Below the pieces are notes generated by a model. It worked only from the letters and a program-made list of their open reading frames with translations, was not told where the DNA came from and ran no database searches. Both the position numbers and the translations under genes were made by a program. From the NCBI GenBank assembly GCA_030649205.1, contig JAUSGE010000014.1:94717-144171 (forward strand): DNA of 49,455 bases. The letters run 5' to 3'. Source of the DNA: a bacterium (GTDB taxonomy: Bacteria; Patescibacteriota; Patescibacteriia; Patescibacteriales; GWC2-42-12). Positions 1 to 9,680 of the stretch are shown piece by piece. How positions within the stretch are numbered: position 1 is the first letter of the stretch; each line of letters starts with the position of its first letter.

Positions 1-1
1 T

Positions 2-724
2 ATAGATTGCGCCATGGCTAATAATGTAAAAAAAGTTATCGGAATTTCGACTGATAAGGCGGCTGATCCGATTAGTGTTATGGGTTGTACTAAATTATTG
101 GCCGAAAAGATAATGTTAGCCCATTATAAGGGCACGCATCCGACCAAATTTTGTTTTGTCCGCTTTGGCAATGTTTTGAATTCTCGCGGTTCGGTTATTC
201 CTTTATTTTATAAGCAAATTAAGGCTGGCGGTCCGGTTACGGTAACGGATAAAAATGTTTGTCGTTTTTTTATGTCAATTGATGAAGCAGTCAGCTTAAT
301 ATTTAAAGCCTCCAGCTTAATGCAAGACCGGGAAATATTTATTTTAAAAAATATGTCAGTCTTGAAAATCAGCGATTTGGCCAAAGCCATGATAGAATTG
401 TATGCCCCAAAGCTAGGATTTGATCCTCGAAAAATAAAAATTAAATTTATCGGGTTAAAGCGAGGCGAGCGCCTGCATGAAAAGTTATTGACCGAAGACG
501 AATCAATCTATGCTTTAGAAAATAAGGACATGTTTATTGTTACTCCGGTTATAAATTTCGGCGGCCATAAGAATATTTCACTGAATAAATATGCTAGCGC
601 TCAAAAATGCCAAACCGGAGATTTTACAACCGAGGAAAAAAATTGCTTGACCGTTCGTCAGATAAAAAAAATGTTGAAAAAAGAAAACAATAAATTGTTT
701 GGAACTTTAAATAATTATAATTAA
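2..724 (+). CDS. Polysaccharide biosynthesis protein, UDP-GlcNAc 4,6-dehydratase family (CapD/PglF-like), 5'-truncated by the window edge
   Basis: ISTDKA, MGCTK, VRFGNVLNSRGSVIP, RFFM and GERLHEKL motifs; frame is open back to position 2. Confidence 0.85.
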   Translation: MDCAMANNVKKVIGISTDKAADPISVMGCTKLLAEKIMLAHYKGTHPTKFCFVRFGNVLNSRGSVIPLFYKQIKAGGPVTVTDKNVCRFFMSIDEAVSLIFKASSLMQDREIFILKNMSVLKISDLAKAMIELYAPKLGFDPRKIKIKFIGLKRGERLHEKLLTEDESIYALENKDMFIVTPVINFGGHKNISLNKYASAQKCQTGDFTTEEKNCLTVRQIKKMLKKENNKLFGTLNNYN

Positions 725-727
725 AAT

Positions 728-2161
728 ATGAAGCTATTTATGATAGGTTGGGATACCAACGAGGAATTTATAGATGTTGCCCTTAAATTGCAAGACCAAG
801 GGCATGAAATATTGTATTGGGTTGGAGTGGGTAATGATAGAAAATATAATTTTGAAAAATTCAAAAATAAAGTTATATTTCACCGGTTTTATGATGCGGC
901 TTCAGGCATACCGCCGACAGAGTTGGCAAATACAAATTTCACGCCCCCCGGAGAAGATTTGATCAGGCAATTTCATGAAACAGAATCCATTTTATCCACT
1001 ATGAAATTTTTTGAAAAATTTTTAAAGTCTACTCTGGAAAAAAAGCGTCTTTTCCATTATTTTTTAGAGTATTGGCTCGGAGTCCTTGAAAAATTTAAGC
1101 CGGACGCGATTATCTTTTCTTTATGTCCTCACGCCGGGTTCGATTTCGTGATATATTCTTTGGCCAAATATTTAAAAATAAAAACCATCATGTTTGAATA
1201 CGTTAGAGCGGCCAATAGATTATTATTAATTAATGATTATAAAATCGGCAGCCTTAAGCTAAGAGAAGAAATCAGTAATAATAAAAAATATAAATTAGAA
1301 GATTTAAGCTTGGATATTCAAGAATATTATAAATTCTATGCTCGGGGCGGTGGTGATAAAGTTACTACGCCGGATTTTAAAATTCAAAAAAAGAAGTATT
1401 TGGGAGTTAATCTGTTAATTATAAAAATAAAAATGATTATTAACAGCATATTAGACTTTTCTATTATTAAAAAATCGTTTCTTTTTATATTAAAAAGATT
1501 TAAATCAAATTTAAAAAAAGAATATTGTAAACTGCAAGTTAACCCGGATTTTAACAATAAATATATTTATATAGCTTTGCATTTTCAACCGGAATTAGCG
1601 ACTAGCCCGCTGGGCGGGATATTCATTGATCAAATTTCAATGATAAAAATTTTGTCGGCGTCCCTGCCTAAAGATTGGTTTATTTACGTGAAAGAGCATC
1701 CAGCCCAATGGCTGCCCAGCGGCTTATCTTTTTCAAGTTTTCGCTATGAAGGCTTCTATAAAGAAATCGCAAAACTTAAAAATGTTAATTTAGTGCCAAT
1801 TAATACTGACAGTATTGAATTAATAAATAACTCGCGGCTAGTCGCAACCGTCACCGGTTCAGTCGGCTGGGAGGCGGCTATGAGGTTAAAACCGGTCCTG
1901 GCGTTCGGCTATCCCTGGTATAGGGATTGCCCGGGAGTTTTTAAGGTAAATAATGTTGATTTATGCAAGCAGGTTATTGATTCCGTAAATTCTGGCCTTA
2001 AATTAAATGAACAAGATATTATTAATTATTTAGCGAGCATTGATAAGATAAGTTTTTTCGGTTATTTTATGCAATGGATAAAGGAGCAATCAAAGATAAC
2101 CGGAGCGGAACACTCAAATAATTTTTTTAAGGCGATAGTTTGTGATTTAAATAATAAATAA
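728..2161 (+). CDS. Capsule polysaccharide biosynthesis protein (Capsule_synth/KpsS-like, putative nonulosonate transferase)
   Basis: ALHFQPE, YVKEHP, TVTGSVGWEA and FGYPWY motifs in the C-terminal half; locus context. Confidence 0.65.
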   Translation: MKLFMIGWDTNEEFIDVALKLQDQGHEILYWVGVGNDRKYNFEKFKNKVIFHRFYDAASGIPPTELANTNFTPPGEDLIRQFHETESILSTMKFFEKFLKSTLEKKRLFHYFLEYWLGVLEKFKPDAIIFSLCPHAGFDFVIYSLAKYLKIKTIMFEYVRAANRLLLINDYKIGSLKLREEISNNKKYKLEDLSLDIQEYYKFYARGGGDKVTTPDFKIQKKKYLGVNLLIIKIKMIINSILDFSIIKKSFLFILKRFKSNLKKEYCKLQVNPDFNNKYIYIALHFQPELATSPLGGIFIDQISMIKILSASLPKDWFIYVKEHPAQWLPSGLSFSSFRYEGFYKEIAKLKNVNLVPINTDSIELINNSRLVATVTGSVGWEAAMRLKPVLAFGYPWYRDCPGVFKVNNVDLCKQVIDSVNSGLKLNEQDIINYLASIDKISFFGYFMQWIKEQSKITGAEHSNNFFKAIVCDLNNK

Positions 2162-2167
2162 AATAAT

Positions 2168-3172
2168 ATGAGCTTAAATTTTTTAAAAGATAAAGCAATT
2201 TTAGTAACCGGAGGAACCGGTTCTTTCGGGAAAAATTTCGTTAAGTATTTATTGGAGAATTCTCAGGCAAAAAAAATTATAATTTTTAGCCGGGATGAGT
2301 TTAAGCAATCGCAAATGCAGGCGGAAATTAAGGATGACCGGATTAGATTTTTTTTGGGAGACGTTAGGGATTTACCTCGGCTCCAGCGGGCTTTTCATGG
2401 CGTGGATATAGTGGTGCACGCCGCCGCGTTAAAGCAAGTGCCGACCCTAGAATATAATCCTTTTGAAGCAGTAAAAACTAATATTTTAGGCAGTCAAAAT
2501 GTCGCTGAAGCGGCTATTGACCAAAGTGTTAAAAAAGTTTTATTGATTTCAACGGATAAAGCCGTACAGCCGATAAATCTTTACGGTTCCACCAAGCTTT
2601 GCGCCGAAAAACTATTTATTAATAGTAATTTATATTCAGCTGATAAAACGCTTTTTAGCTGTGTCCGTTATGGTAATGTGGTTGGGAGTCGGGGAAGTAT
2701 CGTGGAATTTTTATTAAAAAATAAGGATGTTAGAAAAGTTTCAATAACCGATGAGCGGATGACGCGTTTTTGGATATCCCTGGAGCAAAGTTTTAAGTTG
2801 GTTTTATTCGCTTTGGAAAATATGGGGGGCGGAGAAATTTTTGTTCCTAGAATTCCCAGTATGAAGTTAATTGATTTATTTGATGCCTTAGCTCCTAAGT
2901 CAGCCAGAGAGATAATCGGCATAAGGCCGGGAGAAAAATTGCATGAGGTTTTATTGACCGAGCAGGAATCAAGGCATACTTTATCTTTGGGAAATTATTA
3001 TGTGATTTTGCCGGAAAATGAAAAAATCTTCGCTGTCAAAGATAGATTTAAAAAAATTCTTAAAAAAAGCGAAAAATTATCGCTAAATTTCTGTTACGCC
3101 AGCGATACTAATAAAGACTGGCTGGTTAAAGAGCAGCTAGCCGCGATTGTTAAACAACTAAAGAAAACATAA
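2168..3172 (+). CDS. pseB: UDP-N-acetylglucosamine 4,6-dehydratase (inverting)
   Basis: TGGTGSFG, FSRDEFKQ, HAAALKQVP, YGSTK, RYGNVVGSRGS, GIRPGEKLHE. Confidence 0.92.
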   Translation: MSLNFLKDKAILVTGGTGSFGKNFVKYLLENSQAKKIIIFSRDEFKQSQMQAEIKDDRIRFFLGDVRDLPRLQRAFHGVDIVVHAAALKQVPTLEYNPFEAVKTNILGSQNVAEAAIDQSVKKVLLISTDKAVQPINLYGSTKLCAEKLFINSNLYSADKTLFSCVRYGNVVGSRGSIVEFLLKNKDVRKVSITDERMTRFWISLEQSFKLVLFALENMGGGEIFVPRIPSMKLIDLFDALAPKSAREIIGIRPGEKLHEVLLTEQESRHTLSLGNYYVILPENEKIFAVKDRFKKILKKSEKLSLNFCYASDTNKDWLVKEQLAAIVKQLKKT

Positions 3173-3176
3173 AATT

Positions 3177-4280
3177 ATGATACCTTACGGGCATCAATCA
3201 ATAGATAAAAAAGATATTAAGAGCGCGGTAGATGTTTTAAAATCCGATTGGCTGACTCAGGGGCCGAAAATTTTGGAATTTGAAAAATTGCTGGCAAGAT
3301 ATTGCGGCGCTAAGTATGCAGTGGTCTGTTCTAACGGTACAGCCGCTTTGCATTTGGCTTATTTGGCTGCTCGCTTAAACTCTGGTGATGAAGTAATAAC
3401 TACTCCCAATACTTTTGCGGCTACGGCTAATATGCTGCTTGCCGTCGGCGCTAAACCGGTTTTTTGCGATATTAGATTAGACACCTATAATATTGACGAG
3501 AAAAAGATAGAGAGTCTGATTACTGCAAAAACTCGGGCGATTGTACCGGTTCATTTTGCCGGGCAAGCCTGTGAGATGGAAAAAATAAAACAAATTGCGC
3601 AACGGCATAAATTAACGGTGATTGAGGACGCTTGCCACGCGCTGGGCGCCAAGTATAAAAATTATAAAATGGGAAATTGCCGGTATTCTGATCTGGCGGT
3701 TTTTAGCTTTCATCCGGTTAAATCCATTACTACGGGCGAGGGCGGGGCAGTATTGACTAATCGAGAAGGCTTTTATAAAAAAATGCTGGCTTATGGAAAT
3801 CACGGAATACATAAAGATGATCAGGGTAAAAATGTAATGACTGATCTCGGGTACAATTATCGGCTGACCGATATCCAGGCGGCTTTGGGAATTTCACAAT
3901 TGAAAAAGCTGGATAAATTCATTAAATTGCGCCGGCAAGTTGTTAAAGCCTACGAGCAAGGACTGGCCGGGTGCCAAGAAATAATTTTGCCGAAAGAAGC
4001 GCCCGGTGCGTATTCCGGCTGGCACATATATGTAATTTTGGTTAAAGCCGCTGATCGGCGCGATGCTTTGGCGGCGCATTTAAAAAGAGAAGGCATCGGC
4101 GTTAATTTTCATTATCCGGCGGTTTATTCGCATCCTTATTATCGCTATAATGGCTTTAAAGATTTTAGTCTTACTCAGGAAGAGATTTATCATAACTCTT
4201 GTTTAACCTTGCCTTGTTTCCCCGGGCTAAAACAAGCCGAACAGAAATTCGTGATTAAAAAGATTAAAGAATTTTTTTAA
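3177..4280 (+). CDS. pseC: UDP-4-amino-4,6-dideoxy-N-acetyl-beta-L-altrosamine transaminase (DegT/DnrJ family)
   Basis: MIPYGHQ, LTQGP, SNGTAALH, EDACHALG, FSFHPVKSITTGEGG; follows pseB. Confidence 0.9.
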   Translation: MIPYGHQSIDKKDIKSAVDVLKSDWLTQGPKILEFEKLLARYCGAKYAVVCSNGTAALHLAYLAARLNSGDEVITTPNTFAATANMLLAVGAKPVFCDIRLDTYNIDEKKIESLITAKTRAIVPVHFAGQACEMEKIKQIAQRHKLTVIEDACHALGAKYKNYKMGNCRYSDLAVFSFHPVKSITTGEGGAVLTNREGFYKKMLAYGNHGIHKDDQGKNVMTDLGYNYRLTDIQAALGISQLKKLDKFIKLRRQVVKAYEQGLAGCQEIILPKEAPGAYSGWHIYVILVKAADRRDALAAHLKREGIGVNFHYPAVYSHPYYRYNGFKDFSLTQEEIYHNSCLTLPCFPGLKQAEQKFVIKKIKEFF

Positions 4281-4290
4281 AAATTATATT

Positions 4291-4965
4291 ATGGAAAAAA
4301 CCATCCAAGAAAAATTCTGGCAGTCAAATTTCGGCAAAGATTATATTAAAAGAAACTATTATACCAATAAAGCTTTGAACGTTTTTTATCTGAATAATTT
4401 TGGCATAACCAGAGCTGACATAAATGCGGAGTTTTTAAAAAATTTGAAAATTAATAACCTGCTGGAGGTTGGCTGTAACGTCGGGAATCAGTTATCTTTA
4501 TTGCAATCACAGGGATTTAAAAACCTTTACGGCATGGATATATCGCCCCTGGCCGTGGAATTTTCTAAAAAAAGAACTAAAAACATAAACGTCATTCTGG
4601 GCAGCGCCCTGGATATTCCCTTTAAAGACGCGTATTTTGATTTAGTTTTTACCTCGGGAGTTTTAATTCACATCAGCCTAAAGAATATGGCCGCGGCAAT
4701 GAAAGAAATTTATCGGACAAGCAGCCGTTATATATTCGGCTATGAGTATTTCAGCGAGAAATATGAAGCAATCAATTACCGCGGCCATAAAGATCGCCTT
4801 TGGAAAGGTAATTTTCCGCAGATGTATCTGAATCTATTTCCCGATTTAAGGCTGGTTAAGGAAAAAAGATTGAAATTTAAGGCAAATGGTTCGAGCGGCA
4901 AGAATGGCCGGAGAGAAAATGAATTATTATCAACCGTATTTTTATTGAAAAAAATAAAAACATGA
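4291..4965 (+). CDS. Pseudaminic acid biosynthesis-associated SAM-dependent methyltransferase
   Basis: QEKFWQSNFGKDYIKRN, LEVGCNVG, FDLVFTSGVLIHI, YRGHKDRLWK. Confidence 0.85.
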   Translation: MEKTIQEKFWQSNFGKDYIKRNYYTNKALNVFYLNNFGITRADINAEFLKNLKINNLLEVGCNVGNQLSLLQSQGFKNLYGMDISPLAVEFSKKRTKNINVILGSALDIPFKDAYFDLVFTSGVLIHISLKNMAAAMKEIYRTSSRYIFGYEYFSEKYEAINYRGHKDRLWKGNFPQMYLNLFPDLRLVKEKRLKFKANGSSGKNGRRENELLSTVFLLKKIKT

Positions 4966-6743
4966 AAACTTATTTATTATTTGAAATCGCCAATGCCCAC
5001 GGCGGTTCGCCTGATTATATCTATAAACTGATTGATCGGCTGCCGAGCGGAAAAAATATGGGAATTAAATTCCAAGTATTTAAATATGATGAAATAGCCC
5101 TAAAAGATTATCAATGGTATCCGGCATACGAAAAACTTTTTATCAGCGGCTCGCGCTGGAAAAAGATTATTATTTATGCCAAACGGGCCGGGCTTGATGT
5201 CTGGCTGGATATTTTTGATTCTTACAGCCTCAAGGTTCTAAAAGAAAATTTCGCGCGAGTCCGCGGCGTTAAGCTCCAATCTTCAGTTTTAGAAAATTTA
5301 AAAGTGCTGAATGGCCTGGCGGAAATTATCAGCGGCCGGAAAATAAAAATAATTATAAATGTCGCCGGCCGAACCATGAAAAATATAAATAACATCTACG
5401 ATAATTTTCGCCGGGATTATTTGGGCAATGAAATAATTATTCAGACAGGATTTCAGGGTTATCCGACAAAAAAAGAAGATTTGCTCCTCTGGAAAATAGC
5501 CAAATTAAAAGAACATTTTCCGAAATTAGCCGTTTCTTTCGCCGATCATGCCGCCGGCGATAATCCTTTGGCCCTGGAAGTTCCTCCAGGCGCCATTTTA
5601 GCCGGGGCGGAATATATTGAAAAGCATGTTTGTTTGGACCGAAAAAATGCTAAGTATGACTATCAGTCGGCCATCGAGCCGTCAGAATGCGAGCGGCTGA
5701 TTGGTTTGATCAATGACACTGAAAAAATGTTAGGCCAAAAGTTCATTGCTAAAAATGAACAAAAGTATCTAAGTTCAACCATTGAAAAGCCGGTGGCGGC
5801 TGAAAATTTTTTTGCTCAAGACGTGGTTAGATTTAAAAAGCTTGATTTTAAGCGAACCGCTCAAGACGGAATCAGCATTCAGGAGCTGAAAAAAACGCCC
5901 AATCAGCATTTCATTATGAATAAGGACGTGGCCAGAGGCCAAACATTGAAAAAAAATGATTTGCGCAAGGCCCGTATAGGCGTGATTATCGCCTGCCGGA
6001 TGAAATCAACGCGCCTGAAAAACAAAGCTGTTCTGCCGATTGGCCAATATAATTCAATTGAGCGCTGTATCATGAATTGCAAAAAAATTAAATCAGCTGA
6101 TGAAATAATTTTAGCCACCTCGGCGCTTAAGGAAGACCAGATTCTTAAGCAATACGCTTTAAAACATAAAATTAAATTCTTTGCCGGGGATCCCGAGGAT
6201 GTAATGCAGCGATTTTTGGGCGCGGCTAAAAAATATAAAATAGATATTATTATTCGCGTTACCGGGGATTGCCCCATAGTTTCTTACGAAATGGCCGAAC
6301 ATCTTCTTCTAAAGCATTTTCAAATCGGAGCTGATTACAGCGGTCCAAAGGAATTTGCCGTCGGACAAAACAGCGAAGTCTATAATGTCCACGCGCTTAA
6401 TAAGATAATTGAATATTTGGGAGACGCGAGATACTCTGAATATATGACCTGGTATATGTTTAGCAATAAAGATATTTTTGACGTTCAGCTGGTTGATCTG
6501 CCTAAAGACTGGGTCCGTCCATATCGCCTGACTCTTGACGAACAGTCTGATCTGGACATGTTTAATGAACTTTTTAGAAAATTAGGCAGCCGGGAGGCCA
6601 GTCTTAAAAATATATTTAAGGTTCTTGACAGTAATCCTTATATTTCGCGGATCAATCATTTTACCCGTCTTAAATATAAGGCTGATAAAAAATTAATTAA
6701 AATGCTGAATAAAAAAACAAGAATTAGATTGCCAAAAAAATAA
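4962..6743 (+). CDS. Fusion of a NeuB-family (nonulosonate synthase-like) + SAF domain with an SpsF/PseF-like cytidylyltransferase
   Basis: N-terminal FEIANAHGG, IKFQ, FADH, IEKH; C-terminal IIACRMKSTRLKNK, RVTGDCP, RLTLDEQSD. Confidence 0.8.
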   Translation: MKTYLLFEIANAHGGSPDYIYKLIDRLPSGKNMGIKFQVFKYDEIALKDYQWYPAYEKLFISGSRWKKIIIYAKRAGLDVWLDIFDSYSLKVLKENFARVRGVKLQSSVLENLKVLNGLAEIISGRKIKIIINVAGRTMKNINNIYDNFRRDYLGNEIIIQTGFQGYPTKKEDLLLWKIAKLKEHFPKLAVSFADHAAGDNPLALEVPPGAILAGAEYIEKHVCLDRKNAKYDYQSAIEPSECERLIGLINDTEKMLGQKFIAKNEQKYLSSTIEKPVAAENFFAQDVVRFKKLDFKRTAQDGISIQELKKTPNQHFIMNKDVARGQTLKKNDLRKARIGVIIACRMKSTRLKNKAVLPIGQYNSIERCIMNCKKIKSADEIILATSALKEDQILKQYALKHKIKFFAGDPEDVMQRFLGAAKKYKIDIIIRVTGDCPIVSYEMAEHLLLKHFQIGADYSGPKEFAVGQNSEVYNVHALNKIIEYLGDARYSEYMTWYMFSNKDIFDVQLVDLPKDWVRPYRLTLDEQSDLDMFNELFRKLGSREASLKNIFKVLDSNPYISRINHFTRLKYKADKKLIKMLNKKTRIRLPKK

Positions 6744-6778
6744 GGCTGTCGGAAGCGGGAGGTTTAAGCAAGAATTAT

Positions 6779-6969
6779 ATGAAAATCAGACCAATAAAAA
6801 TTAAGACGCCAAAAGGGTGGCGATTAATCTGACCCAGTTAGCCGACTTTTATAATCGCCGAGATGTCGGGCAATCATAACCAAAATATTACTAAAAAATT
6901 ATCGGTAAAATAGCTGCTAATAATATAGATAAGGGTACACCGCTTAGAGCGTCTAAATATATTATATAA
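6779..6969 (+). pseudogene. Collapsed pseI paralogue remnant (N-terminus joined to C-terminus, two stops, frameshift)
   Basis: Reads MKIRPIKIKTPKGWRLI*PS*PTFIIAEMSGNHNQNI, then in another frame IIGKIAANNIDKGTPLRA; matches both ends of PseI at 9681-10751. Confidence 0.88.
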
Positions 6970-6991
6970 AATTAGCAATTATGAATATTTT

Positions 6992-7603
6992 ATGATCGGC
7001 ATAGTTAATTATGGAGCTGGCAATTTGCAATCTGTGAAAAATTCACTAGATTTTTTAAGTATTCCCAATATAGTTATTAACAAATCGGAGGAAATTAAGA
7101 ATTGTGATCGGTTAATTTTGCCTGGAGTAGGCGCTTTCGGACCGGCCATGAAAAAGCTTAATAAACTGGGGTTTTCTCAAGAAATAAAAAATTTCGTCGG
7201 CCAAAAAAAACCGATTTTAGGAATTTGTTTAGGCATGCAATTACTTTTTGAGGTAAGTGAAGAACTTGGATCGCATCAAGGTTTGGGATTGATTAAGGGA
7301 AAAGTTTTACCATTAAATAAAAAAGTGAAAGATTTACCCATTCCCCATATTGGCTGGAATAATATTATCATGAAAAAGAGTTCGCCACTTTTAAAAAACA
7401 TAGAAGATGGTTCTTGTTTTTATTTTAATCATAGTTTTTACTGCGAACCGGTCGATGAGCTAGCGGTTACGGCAGACGCTGATTATTATATAAAAATCAG
7501 TTCTGTCGTTGAAAAAGATAATGTGTATGGTTGTCAATTTCATCCGGAAAAAAGTCAATCCCGCGGTTTAACGTTATTAGATAATTTTCAGAAACTCATA
7601 TGA
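6992..7603 (+). CDS. HisH-like glutamine amidotransferase of a glycan locus (WbuY-type)
   Basis: YGAGNL, LPGVGAF, GICLGMQ, PHIGWN, QFHPEKS; adjacent to HisF-like and WbuX-like genes. Confidence 0.88.
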   Translation: MIGIVNYGAGNLQSVKNSLDFLSIPNIVINKSEEIKNCDRLILPGVGAFGPAMKKLNKLGFSQEIKNFVGQKKPILGICLGMQLLFEVSEELGSHQGLGLIKGKVLPLNKKVKDLPIPHIGWNNIIMKKSSPLLKNIEDGSCFYFNHSFYCEPVDELAVTADADYYIKISSVVEKDNVYGCQFHPEKSQSRGLTLLDNFQKLI

Positions 7604-8385
7604 TTAAGATCAGATTAATTCCAGTGTTATACATTAAAAATGGGCTAATCGTCAGAAGCGAAAATTTTTCTTATCATCAAAATATCGGCAATGTAATAAA
7701 TGAAGCCAGCCGTTATAATGAATGGAACGTCGATGAATTAATATATATTGATATTAGCCGGGAGAAGTGTTACGATTTACGTCGAGACGATCTTTATATA
7801 AAGTCGCATGATTCAATTGAAAAAATTATCAGCGAAATAGCTAAAGTTTGTTTTATGCCCTTGACCATTGGCGGAGGCGTTAGAAATATTAACGATATTA
7901 GTTATCGAATTAAAAATGGCGCTGATAAAATCACCTTAAATACCGGGGCGTTTGAACATCCGAAATTGATTTCACAAGCTGCCAATAAATTTGGTTCTCA
8001 ATGCGTGGTAATATCAGTAGATTATAAAATTATTGACAATCAACCGATAGTATTTACGAATTTCGGGCAAAAAAATACAAAAACAACAGCATTTTCTTGG
8101 ATAAAAATTTGTGAAAATTTAGGCGCCGGTGAAATTTTTCTCAATTCTATTGACCGCGATGGAAGGGCAAACGGCTATGATATTGATACGATAAGCAGGG
8201 TTGTTGAATCGACAAAACTACCCGTGGTTGCCTGCGGCGGCGCTGGTGGTCTGTATGATTTTGTTAATTTGGCTAAAAAAGTGAACATATCGGCTATAGC
8301 GGCCGGAAATATATTCCATTTCACGGAGCTTAGCTACCCTCGGGCTAAAATATTACTCAAAAAAGAAAAATTAAACTTTAGATAA
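7600..8385 (+). CDS. HisF-like cyclase-fold subunit (WbuZ-type)
   Basis: RLIPVL, VDELIYIDI, MPLTIGGG, GAGEIFLNSIDRDG, PVVACGGAG. Confidence 0.88.
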   Translation: MIKIRLIPVLYIKNGLIVRSENFSYHQNIGNVINEASRYNEWNVDELIYIDISREKCYDLRRDDLYIKSHDSIEKIISEIAKVCFMPLTIGGGVRNINDISYRIKNGADKITLNTGAFEHPKLISQAANKFGSQCVVISVDYKIIDNQPIVFTNFGQKNTKTTAFSWIKICENLGAGEIFLNSIDRDGRANGYDIDTISRVVESTKLPVVACGGAGGLYDFVNLAKKVNISAIAAGNIFHFTELSYPRAKILLKKEKLNFR

Positions 8386-8402
8386 TTAAGTTAAAATTAA
8401 TT

Positions 8403-9629
8403 ATGAACAAAAATATCAATAAAGTAATCTATTGCAAAAAATGTGCTTATCCATCCAGTTCAGCTGTTCCTCTGGCTTTCGGCGAGGACGGTATTTGCTC
8501 GGGCTGTAAAACCAGTAGCCAAAGCCGTGGAATAGATTGGGAAAGCCGCAGAAAAGAATTCGAAAGATTAATTGAAGAATATCGAAATAAAGACGGTAGC
8601 GGATATGACTGTATTATTCCGGTGAGCGGCGGTAAAGACAGTTATTTCCAAATTCACTTAATCAAAAAGATTTATAACCTCAATCCCTTGTTGGTCACTT
8701 ATAATGGGAATAATTATACCCCGACGGGAATGAAAAATCTTATTAATATGCGGAATGTATTCGGCGTTGATCATATTTTTTTTACGCCAAGCGTTGATAC
8801 TTTGAAAAAATTAAATAGGTTAGGAATGCGTATTATGGGCCGCGTTAATTGGCATTATGCCGCCGGAATTTTTACTTATCCGATCAGAGTGGCCGTTGAA
8901 ACAATGACGCCGTTAATGATTTGGGGAGAACACGGCTTTATGGATCTGGGTGGAATGCACTCTTATGATGATTTTGTTGAATTTACTTATCGTTTTCGCC
9001 ATGAACATGCCTTAGGAGGTTATGAATGGTTTGACTTTCTAAAATTAGCCCCGAAATTTGATGAGAAATTAACCAAACAGGAATTAATTTCTTTGATGTA
9101 TCCGTCGGATCAGGAAATTGCCAAGGCGGGAGTGAGAGGCATTTACATTTCCAACTATTTTCAATGGGATGCAAATGTGCATGGCCCGATGATGGTTAAA
9201 AAATATGGATTCAAAGTATCTGAAGAACCGTTTGAACGAACATATCGCTTGATGTCAAATTTAGATGATATGCATGAAAATGGAATTCATGATTATATGA
9301 AATTTGTAAAATTCGGTTATGGCCGGGCTACCGATCACACTAGTAAAGACATTCGTTCTGGTATTATGACTCGACAAGAAGCAATTGAAATCGTCAAAAA
9401 AATGGATTGTATTAAATCCAAAGATTTGCGCCGTTGGTTAGACTATGTGGGTTGGACCGAAAAAGAATTTGATAGAGTAGCCGATACTTTTCGTGATCCG
9501 CGGGTATGGTGGATAAAAAATGGCGAATGGTGGAAAGACAATGTTTGGGGAAAGCCGTCTTCTTACGGCAAGGTTAATTTATCGCCGGCTATGCAAGAAA
9601 AGTATCGCCAGAATAAAAAAGCCGTTTAA
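8403..9629 (+). CDS. N-acetyl sugar amidotransferase (WbuX/PseA-like)
   Basis: CKKC..CSGC, YDCIIPVSGGKDS PP-loop, KFGYGRATD, IRSGIMTRQEA. Confidence 0.88.
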   Translation: MNKNINKVIYCKKCAYPSSSAVPLAFGEDGICSGCKTSSQSRGIDWESRRKEFERLIEEYRNKDGSGYDCIIPVSGGKDSYFQIHLIKKIYNLNPLLVTYNGNNYTPTGMKNLINMRNVFGVDHIFFTPSVDTLKKLNRLGMRIMGRVNWHYAAGIFTYPIRVAVETMTPLMIWGEHGFMDLGGMHSYDDFVEFTYRFRHEHALGGYEWFDFLKLAPKFDEKLTKQELISLMYPSDQEIAKAGVRGIYISNYFQWDANVHGPMMVKKYGFKVSEEPFERTYRLMSNLDDMHENGIHDYMKFVKFGYGRATDHTSKDIRSGIMTRQEAIEIVKKMDCIKSKDLRRWLDYVGWTEKEFDRVADTFRDPRVWWIKNGEWWKDNVWGKPSSYGKVNLSPAMQEKYRQNKKAV

Positions 9630-9680
9630 GACATAAAGTTAGCATCCGCTATGTTGTAGCTTGATTGAAAAACTATTTTT

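Noticed and set aside
6779-6969. Stop-codon recoding (TGA = Gly, code 25) suggested by TGA aligned to Gly of PseI
   Set aside because: The same fragment also has TAG, a frameshift and a large deletion, and TGA terminates intact genes such as rseP. This is pseudogene decay.
6992-8385. Histidine biosynthesis hisH/hisF
   Set aside because: The genes are adjacent to a WbuX-like amidotransferase in a glycan locus, with no other his genes; they are glycan-modification paralogues.
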